From the NCBI GenBank assembly GCA_030141605.1, contig JAQGDQ010001565.1, positions 1 through 7,461 on the forward strand: a stretch of DNA of 7,461 nucleotides, read 5' to 3'. The stretch is from Tubiluchus corallicola (lineage: Eukaryota; Animalia; Priapulida). Positions 1-7,461 of the stretch are shown piece after piece. The translations under genes were made by a program, and so were the position numbers. How positions within the stretch are numbered: position 1 is the first letter of the stretch; each line of letters opens with the position of its first letter. The notes beneath the pieces are model-generated. The model did not search any database. It saw only the letters and a list, made by a program, of their open reading frames with translations, and was not told where the DNA came from.

Positions 1-378
1 AGATGCGTAATGGTTAAATTATTATTTAAAGATAGTCACGTGTGTCTCTTCTTTCCCATTATTGAACATTATTTTAATATAAACTGACACATTCATATAA
101 TAATTCAATTTTCATTCGTCTTAAATGCAAAATCTGATAATTTTTGATTACCTGGTACATTCGCATTAACTAATTAATTATATTAGTAACAATCCTGAGA
201 GGGTGGCTGACCTCGATAACTTATAGTTCTTTCGCCACCCTTTCACCACTAATCAATATTACTTTTGCACTTTGTAATATTATTGTATGTTGTACAGATT
301 TATAAATCTCTTAGTTATGTATTTTGCTATTTTAAAAATGGTGATAAACTAATAAACTTACTTACTTACTTACTTACT
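1..378 (+). mobile_element. Probable 3' UTR and tail of a CR1/L2/Crack-group LINE (5' part outside the window)
   Basis: 12-bp stem TGAGAGGGTGGC (196-207) / GCCACCCTTTCA (234-245, one G-U) enclosing CCTCGATAAC..., then a T-rich tract, AATAAA (351-356) and an abutting (CTTA)5CT tail (357-378). Stem-loop plus short tandem-repeat tail is the known 3' architecture of CR1/L2-group elements. No ORF2 sequence is visible, so the family call is inference. Confidence 0.65.
357..378 (+). repeat. (CTTA)5.5 microsatellite, probable retroelement tail
   Basis: Perfect CTTACTTACTTACTTACTTACT directly after AATAAA. Confidence 0.95.
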
Positions 379-929
379 GTTCACAATAAATGTTGTCATG
401 ATTGATATAACTATTGCCTTAGGTTGACATCTGGAATAAAGTTAGTATCATACAGCCTGTGTGACTAGGTAGTATGTTTTTAACCTACAAAATCCAATGA
501 GAAAATCCGTAACAAGACTGAGATGTTGTCAGACTACCGAAATTTAACACACTAACTGTACTTTTTGTTTCTTAGTCAAAAGGAATACAGTAACGAAAGA
601 ACTTACTTTTTTCTTTTTCCAACTAGAAGAAATCGGTTTTTTATTCAGAATATCTGCTAGTAAAATGTGGAAACATTTCCTTGTTGGCAGATGCACTTTA
701 TTGTAGTGGAACTTTGCAAGCAATGTGATGCTCATAACATTCGAGTGTTTTTATTTGCCATACAACAGCACGGATATAAAAAGCCTCAAAGACAACAATA
801 AACTGCATAGAGAACAACGCACACACATTTCGTATATTACTTTATATTCGTGAAATAGAAGCAATGTTACCCACTATTGACAAATAAGCAAAATAATATT
901 AAATACACGGCCCAGATGAGAGTAGCCTT

Positions 930-1618
930 GAGGGCCTGATCTACCATATGGGCAAACTAGGCAGTTGCCTAGGGCGTCAAATTTTGGGGGGTGCCAAATT
1001 CTGGAAGTAATTCTTTAATTTTTAAGTTTAGTATAAGCAATAGCAATAAGCAATGATGCATGTGTAATTCCTTAAGTGCACAACACAGTTAAATGAATCG
1101 AACAGGATACGTTATTTTCCTGTGGAATTGTACGAGTTATCGTTGCCAGGAAGTCTCTTCCGACAGCAAAACACTTTCTAGTTTTGGTGTATCTAGTTTC
1201 AAAAGATTACACTATTTCATGCAGACATTACTGAAGTGTTAACCTGCTTTTGCCCGCAGTTCCCATATAAATGCTTATAAAACGACCCTTACATTACTAA
1301 AACAGTTTGTTTCAGTAGCATTTATCCAACTACGGCAGACAAACCCATAAGAATCGAAGTGTTCAGGACGGAATACAGGAAATGAAAGCTAAAGAAGCTG
1401 GCAAGACATATAGAGTCCATAAACTCAATTTCAAATCCAATGAGCGCAAGCTGTAGATAGGTAACTAAGTACACTATAATATATGCATAAGCCTAACACA
1501 CAGCTACTATTACACTTTATTATACTATTATATAACAAGAATTTTACAAGACGGAAGAGGGTTGACCGTTGAGAACTGGGGGCCAAAAATACGTTTGCCT
1601 AGGACGTCAATCTACCTG
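930..1618. mobile_element. Putative non-autonomous DNA transposon (hAT-like MITE), right terminus eroded or truncated
   Basis: Two GC-rich islands in AT-rich DNA share motifs: TTGCCTAGGGCGTCAA (965-980) and TTGCCTAGGACGTCAA (1595-1610, 15/16 identical), plus TGGGGGGTGCCAAA (985-998) and TGGGGGCCAAA (1577-1587). A palindrome CTAGGCA-GT-TGCCTAG lies at 957-972. The left end AGGGCCTGATCTA resembles CAGGGCCGG-type hAT termini. I found no matching right TIR and no 8-bp TSD. Confidence 0.5.
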
Positions 1619-2139
1619 TTTAGCAGTAACATCAAAGCAGGCAAGGTAAAAGCAAAATATATTCACAGAGGCTTTCGGTTTTTGTTCCGAATACAAACAC
1701 AAATAACCCTGATTATGATTTTTTCTTGCTGTATTGTTGCCATTTTGTTTCGGGAAACATTTTGGATCGTTGAGTGCAAAACCATACACGACAAAAAGCA
1801 AAAATTCGTTCAGATTCAGCATGCTGGAATTCGCGACCACAGCTTTCACAAAGATTAATTCACTCTACATAGTGTGCAAGATTACTCAGTTAAAGATGTA
1901 TTGGGTGTCTGGGATGACAACTTCACTATTAGTTTCGCGATCGGTGCAATTCTGTTACTGCGTAATGCACTAAACTTTAGCTTTAGAAACGATGGCTGAA
2001 TAGGCTATCAGGGCTGCAACTTAAAATAGATCTGGTAATAATGTACAGATTGTGTAGCAAAGTCTTAAAATATGAGAGATTAGCAGCACAGTCAGAAAAC
2101 GTGTTATGTCAGTTATGTCAGAAAATTCTTATTCTTTTT

Positions 2140-5100
2140 ACTGTTTCACACTAGTATACACTGTTTCTCACCAGTATACACTGTTTCACACTAGTATACA
2201 CTGTTTCACAGTAGTATACACTGTTTCACACTAGCATGCACTGTTTCTCACTAGTATACACTGTTTCACACTTTTATACACTGTTTCACACTTGTATACA
2301 CTGTTTCACGCTGGTTTCTCACTAGTATACAGTGTTTCACACTAGTATGCACTGTTTCTCACTAGTATACAGTGTTTCACACTAGTATGCACTGTTTCTC
2401 ACTAGTATGCACTGTTTCACGCTGGTTTCTCACTAGTATACAGTGTTTCACGCTGGTTTCTCACTAGTATACAGTGTTTCACACTAGTATGCACTGTTTC
2501 AAACTAGTATGCACTGTTTCACACTAGTATGCACTGTTTCACACTAGTATGCACTGTTTCACACTAGTATGCACTGTTTCACACTAGTATGCACTGTTTC
2601 TCACTAGTATACAGTGTTTCACACTAGTATACACTGTTTCACACTAGTATACACTGTTTCACACTAGTATGCACTGTTTCTCACTAGTATACAGTGTTTC
2701 ACACTAGTATGCACTGTTTCTCACTAGTATACAGTGTTTCACACTAGTATGCACTGTTTCTCACTAGTATACACTGTTTCACACTTTTATACACTGTTTC
2801 ACACTAGTATACACTGTTTCACGCTGGTTTCTCACTAGTATGCACTGTTTAACACTAGTATGCACTGTTTCACACTAGTATACACTGTTTCTCACTAGTA
2901 TACACTGTTTCTCACTAGTATACAGTGTTTCACACTAGTATACACTGTTTCTCACTAGTATACACTGTTTCACACTAGTATGCACTGTTTCTTACTAGTA
3001 TACAGTGTTTCACACTAGTATACACTGTTTCACACTAGTATACACTGTTTCTCACTAGTATGCACTGTTTCACACCAGTATGCACTGTTTCTCACTAGTA
3101 TACAGTGTTTCACACTAGTATACACTGTTTCACACTAGTATACACTGTTTCACACTAGTATGCACTGTTTCTCACTAGTATACAGTGTTTCACACTGGTA
3201 TACACTGTTTCTCACTAGTATGCACTGTTTCACACTAGTATGCACTGTTTCTCACTAGTATACAGTGTTTCACACTAGTATGCACTGTTTCTCACTAGTA
3301 TACAGTGTTTCACACTAGTATGCACTGTTTCTCACTAGTATACAGTGATTCACACTTTTATACACTGTTTCACACTAGTATACACTGTTTCACGCTGGTT
3401 TCTCACTAGTATGCACTGTTTAACACTAGTATGCACTGTTTCACACTAGTATGCACTGTTTCACACTAGTATGCACTGTTTCTCACTAGTATACAGTGTT
3501 TCACACTAGTATGCACTGTTTCTCACTAGTATACAGTGTTTCACACTAGTATGCACTGTTTCTCACTAGTATACAGTTTCACACTTTTATACACTGTTTC
3601 ACACTAGTATACACTGTTTCACGCTGGTTTCTCCAGTATGCACTGTTTAACACTAGTATGCACTGTTTCACACTAGTATACACTGTTTCTCACTAGTATA
3701 CACTGTTTCACACTTGTATACACTGTTTCTCACTAGTATACACTGTTTCACACTTTTATACACTGTTTCACACTTGTATACACTGTTTCACACTAGTATA
3801 CACTGTTTCACAGTAGTATACACTGTTTCACACTAGCATGCACTGTTTCTCACTAGTATACACTGTTTCACACTTTTATACACTGTTTCACACTTGTATA
3901 CACTGTTTCACACTTGTATACACTGTTTCACACTAGTATACACTGTTTCACAGTAGTATACACTGTTTCACACTAGTATACAGTGTTTCACACTAGTATG
4001 CACTGTTTCTCACTAGTATACACTGTTTCACACTTTTATACACTGTTTCACACTAGTATACACTGTTTCACGCTGGTTTCTCACTAGTATACAGTGTTTC
4101 ACACTAGTATGCACTGTTTCTCACTAGTATACAGTGTTTCACACTAGTATACACTGTTTCACACTTTTATACACTGTTTCACACTTGTATACACTGTTTC
4201 ACACTGGTTTCTCACTAGTATACAGTGTTTCACACTAGTATGCACTGTTTCACACTAGTATACACTGTTTCACACTAGTATACACTGTTTCACACTAGTA
4301 TGCTCTGTTTCACACTAGTATACACTGTTTCTCACTAGTATACACTGTTTCACAGTAGTATACACTGTTTCACACTAGTATACAGTGTTTCACACTAGTA
4401 TGCACTGTTTCTCACTAGTATACACTGTTTCACACTTTTATACACTGTTTCACACTTGTATACACTGTTTCACACTGGTTTCTCACTAGTATACAGTGTT
4501 TCACACTAGTATGCACTGTTTCACACTAGTATACACTGTTTCTCACTAGTATACACTGTTTCACACTAGTACACACTGTTTCACACTAGTATACACTGTT
4601 TCTCACTAGTATACACTGTTTCACACTTTTATACACTGTTTCACACTTGTATACACTGTTTCACACTGGTTTCTCACTAGTATACAGTGTTTCACACTAG
4701 TATGCACTGTTTAACACTAGTATGCACTGTTTCACACTAGTATACACTGTTTCTCACTAGTATACACTGTTTCACACTTGTATACACTGTTTCTCACTAG
4801 TATACACTGTTTCACACTTTTATACACTGTTTCACACTTGTATACACTGTTTCACACTGGTTTCTCACTAGTATACAGTGTTTCACACTAGTATGCACTG
4901 TTTAACACTAGTGTGCACTGTTTCACACTAGTATACACTGTTTCACACTAGTACACACTGTTTCACACTAGTATACACTGTTTCTCACTAGTATACACTG
5001 TTTCACACTTTTATACACTGTTTCACACTAGTATACACTGTTTCACGCTGGTTTCTCACTAGTATGCACTGTTTAACACTAGTATGCACTGTTTCACACT

Positions 5101-5942
5101 AGTATACACTGTTTCTCACTAGTATACACTGTTTCACACTAGTACACACTGTTTCACACTAGTAAACACTGTTTTTCACTAGTATACACTGTTTCACACT
5201 TTTATACACTGTTTCACACTTGTATACACTGTTTCACACTAGTATACACTGTTTCTCACTAGTATACACTGTTTCACACTTGTATACACTGTTTCTCACT
5301 AGTATACACTGTTTCACACTTTTATACACTGTTTCACACTTGTATACACTGTTTCACACTAGTATACACTGTTTCACAGTAGTATACACTGTTTCACACT
5401 AGCATGCACTGTTTCTCACTAGTATACACTGTTTCACACTTTTATACACTGTTTCACACTTGTATACACTGTTTCACACTTGTATACACTGTTTCACACT
5501 AGTATACACTGTTTCACAGTAGTATACACTGTTTCACACTAGTATACAGTGTTTCACACTAGTATGCACTGTTTCTCACTAGTATACACTGTTTCACACT
5601 TTTATACACTGTTTCACACTAGTATACACTGTTTCACGCTGGTTTCTCACTAGTATACAGTGTTTCACACTAGTATGCACTGTTTCACACTAGTATGCAC
5701 TGTTTTTCACTAGTATACACTGTTTCACACTAGTATACACTGTTTCACACTAGTATGCACTGTTTCACACTAGTATACACTGTTTCTCACTAGTATGCAC
5801 TGTTTCACACAAGTACACACTGTTTTACACTAATATACACTGTTTCCCACTAGTATGCACTGTTTGTCACTAGTATACGATGTTTCACACTTTTATACAC
5901 TGTTTCTCAGTAGTATGCACTGTTTCACACTTGTATACACTG
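2140..5942. repeat. Minisatellite/satellite array, 20-bp unit CACTGTTTCACACTAGTATA, ~3.8 kb
   Basis: Read directly: about 183 monomers plus 13 eleven-base inserts. A small set of variants recurs (TCTC, TATG, CAGTG, TTTTATA, TTGTATA, CAGTAG, TAGCATG, TTTAAC). The right end (~5800-5942) is more degenerate. There are no unique spacers. Confidence 0.99.
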
Positions 5943-5945
5943 CTT

Positions 5946-6001
5946 TTTGATGTATACAAGGCAATTGATTGTTTGATGTATTGATGTATTGATTGTTTTG
6001 A
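5946..6001. repeat. Low-complexity TTGA/TTGATGTA repeat patch
   Basis: TTGATGTA occurs three times and TTGATTGT twice immediately right of the array. Confidence 0.6.
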
Positions 6002-6205
6002 AAGGCAATTTATTGAGAAAGTATCGCACAACAAGCTAACTTGAAGAAAAACAGAACTTGAAACTTGAACCAAATAAGTTATGCAAAACAATGTGTGATG
6101 TTAGACAACTACGTGTGCTTCCCTTGTCAGCAGCATTGTTGTTGTGTGATAAGAGATTCACAAAGTCACAAATATGACAATCGTGTGCTTAACAAATACG
6201 CGTAC

Positions 6206-6457
6206 CTGGTAGAAGCTCCTTGGGACTCATATTCGGTGACCAAACGTTCAAGTACAAACAGTCTTCGCTCATGCTGCTCTTGCGTCCTAGCGCCACCGAC
6301 TGGAAACAGTTTGGAGGCTCGTTTTTCGCCTGCAGCGTCCCGTTCCAGCAGTCGGCTAAGGAGTACAGCGGCTGCGGAGGTTTCCATCGTAGTTCCCCGA
6401 CAGGTGGTTTGGCATAAGGTATGCTCGTAAACTCAGCCACTCCAGCTTTATATTCAC
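6206..6457 (-). CDS. Internal coding exon of a type-B carboxylesterase (COesterase, alpha/beta-hydrolase) gene, N-terminal part of the domain
   Basis: Translates without stops as (x)EYKAGVAEFTSIPYAKPPVGELRWKPPQPLYSLADCWNGTLQAKNEPPNCFQSVALGRKSSMSEDCLYLNVWSPNMSPKELLP(x). It contains the family motifs IPYAxPPxGxLRW/FxPP and EDCLYLNVWSP (fits PROSITE carboxylesterase type-B signature 2). Acceptor is tttcttcgcacag|GT (AG ends at 6458) and donor is CCAG|gtacgc (GT at 6205-6204). The terminal G would begin the Val of the expected LPVxVxIHGG. Length is 252 nt, phase 1 at both ends. The catalytic Ser motif and flanking exons were not found in the window. Confidence 0.93.
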
Positions 6458-6490
6458 CTGTGCGAAGAAACGGAACTGAAGGATAAAACT
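6458..6490 (-). other. 3' splice site region: polypyrimidine tract with two in-frame CAG acceptors
   Basis: The minus strand reads ttttatccttCAG ttccgtttcttcgcaCAG|GT. The AGs end at 6476 and 6458, 18 nt apart. Confidence 0.75.
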
Positions 6491-6519
6491 GTTTTGGCAG
6501 GAAATATAATCCTTAGTAT

Positions 6520-6960
6520 GCAACTAATTTCACATATACAATAACTGCCACTCTCTTCTTTTTGGTGCATCAGACTGTCATTTACTGAAATTGCAATGGG
6601 TTCAAAATGCTGCTGCGCAATTCCTCAGACAAAAAAACTCCAGCTTTGATTCAGTTACACAGGTTGCCAGTGCACTTTCAAATAGAATTTAAGATTTTGT
6701 TGCTTGTGTACAAATGATGAATGACACTGCCTCGAATAACTTAAAAGAGTTACTTTCGTGTGCCCAGTAGGCAGCCAAGATCAAATAAACTGTACTACTT
6801 CGATGCACCGGGGTTTACTCTTGCCACTAAAGGTGGTCAGTCGTTTGCTTATGCTGCTCTCACAACTTTGGAACCAGCTTCCCTTTCTTGGCTAGAAAGT
6901 TAATTGTCGAGTTATTCCTATTTTTGCAGACTACAGAAAATTTAAAAAACAGTTTTGCAA
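6520..6960 (+). mobile_element. Decayed L2/CR1-clade non-LTR retrotransposon fragment (ORF2 C-terminal region, downstream of the RT core)
   Basis: Manual translation across frameshifts gives NCHSLLFGASDCHLLKLQWVQNAAAQFL (6543-6626), TPALIQLHRLPVHFQIEFKILLLVYK** (6637-6720), PSRQPRS...GGQSFAYAA, LWNQLP (6866-6883) and FKKQ (~6941-6952). These are colinear with the L2 ORF2 pattern DYCNSLLxG...LQxVQNAAAR...TPxLxxLHWLPVxxRIxFKILLLxYK...PxRxLRS...GxRxFxxAAPxLWNxLP...FK. Stops and frameshifts show it is inactive. Boundaries are approximate. Confidence 0.88.
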
Positions 6961-7232
6961 AGTGCTTCCTCAGCTGAAAGGTGCCAGCAATGTGGTGCAA
7001 AATATAAGTGTCTCCTTAAAGGCAGTTTTCATAATCTGCGGACAACTACATTCCAAAACGTATGAATAAAATGTATTTTCGAATTACTCAACTTCCAGCT
7101 CTGGCAACAATAATATCCCAGATAATTGGTTTAAATCAGTTTGCATTTGAAATTCGAACAAGAAAGTGAAAAGTGGGCACGCGAATGCTATTCGCAATTG
7201 AGAGATCACTAACAGTATCGGCATCATTTGTT

Positions 7233-7461
7233 AAATCAAATCAAACTTTATTTAAAGTCGGATTTTACATAAACATAAAAACACTAGCTCCTGGGAGCCA
7301 TTAAGCCGACTCATATAACAAAACTGATCTACTGAAATAAAACAGTGCTTAAGTGGTAAAAAGGCTATACAATTATACATCTAAAATAAAATACTTTGGA
7401 GCCTAGAAGACATTAAAATAATAGGTATATAAAATGCTAACTTAAACATTAAAAATTTTAA
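7233..7461 (-). mobile_element. Probable 3' end of a second CR1/L2-group LINE (or LINE-tailed SINE), continuing beyond the window
   Basis: The minus strand ends ...CCGACTTTAAATAAAGTTTGATTTGATTT, i.e. AATAAA (7252-7247) then a (TTTGA)n tail (7245-7233). Inverted pair AGTCGG (7256-7261) / CCGACT (7306-7311) encloses the hairpin GCTC-CTGG-GAGC (7287-7298). The remainder is T-rich, UTR-like sequence on the minus strand. Confidence 0.55.

Noticed and set aside
196-245. Rho-independent terminator or structured ncRNA gene
   Set aside because: Eukaryotic context, a large loop and no proper U-tract. It is better explained as a LINE 3' stem-loop.
357-378. Telomeric repeat
   Set aside because: TAAG/CTTA is not TTAGG or TTAGGG, the run is short, and its position after AATAAA fits a retroelement tail better.
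544-1973. Short ORFs 544-735, 1562-1858, 1607-1849 and 1734-1973
   Set aside because: No recognisable domain and no esterase or transposase motifs. Several overlap one another, consistent with chance ORFs, although a homology search was not possible.
2005-2040. Distal right TIR for the 930 element (ATCAGGGC, TAGATCTGG)
   Set aside because: Only 6-8-bp partial complementarity to the left end and no TSD.
5220-5402. 60-aa repetitive ORF (and a coding role for the array generally)
   Set aside because: The 20-bp unit is not a multiple of 3, and ACTAGT places TAG on both strands. The ORF exists only where TAG is mutated to TTG/TTT and it starts at TTG.
2140-5942. CRISPR array
   Set aside because: Units are head-to-tail with no unique spacers, no cas genes are visible, and the context is eukaryotic and intron-containing.
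2140-5942. RSS heptamer, Transib, CACTA or Helitron termini in the monomer (CACTG, CACAGTA, CACTA, CTAGT)
   Set aside because: These are only 5-6-bp resemblances, with no nonamer at 12/23 spacing, no inverted terminal pair and no Helitron-type GC-rich hairpin.
5885-6091. 68-aa minus-strand ORF
   Set aside because: It runs through low-complexity DNA and the decayed array end, and does not continue the esterase (no VxIHGG).
6065-6430. Overlapping ORFs 6065-6430 (+), 6166-6387 (-) and 6220-6417 (+)
   Set aside because: Alternative-frame or antisense shadows of the GC-richer esterase exon, with no recognisable motifs.
6189-6440. Standalone 83-aa protein as given by the ORF track
   Set aside because: The start is a GTG inside the exon and the GTRIC tail is intron read-through past the donor at 6205. 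It is an exon, not a complete gene.

Overview
AT-rich eukaryotic (probably invertebrate animal; inferred) genomic DNA, not a prokaryotic locus. The only protein-coding feature I can support is one 252-nt internal exon (6206-6457, minus strand, AG/GT-bounded, phase 1-1) of a type-B carboxylesterase family gene. The rest of the window appears to be intronic to that gene. It holds a ~3.8-kb minisatellite of a 20-bp unit (2140-5942) with marked higher-order structure, and a decayed L2/CR1-clade LINE ORF2 fragment (~6520-6960, +). There are also two probable LINE 3' ends at the window edges (stem-loop, AATAAA, short-repeat tail) and a probable non-autonomous hAT-like element (~930-1618). I see no convincing evidence for a new biological system. 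The most unusual signals are the array's internal grammar, its flanking direct repeat and an in-frame tandem splice acceptor on the esterase exon.
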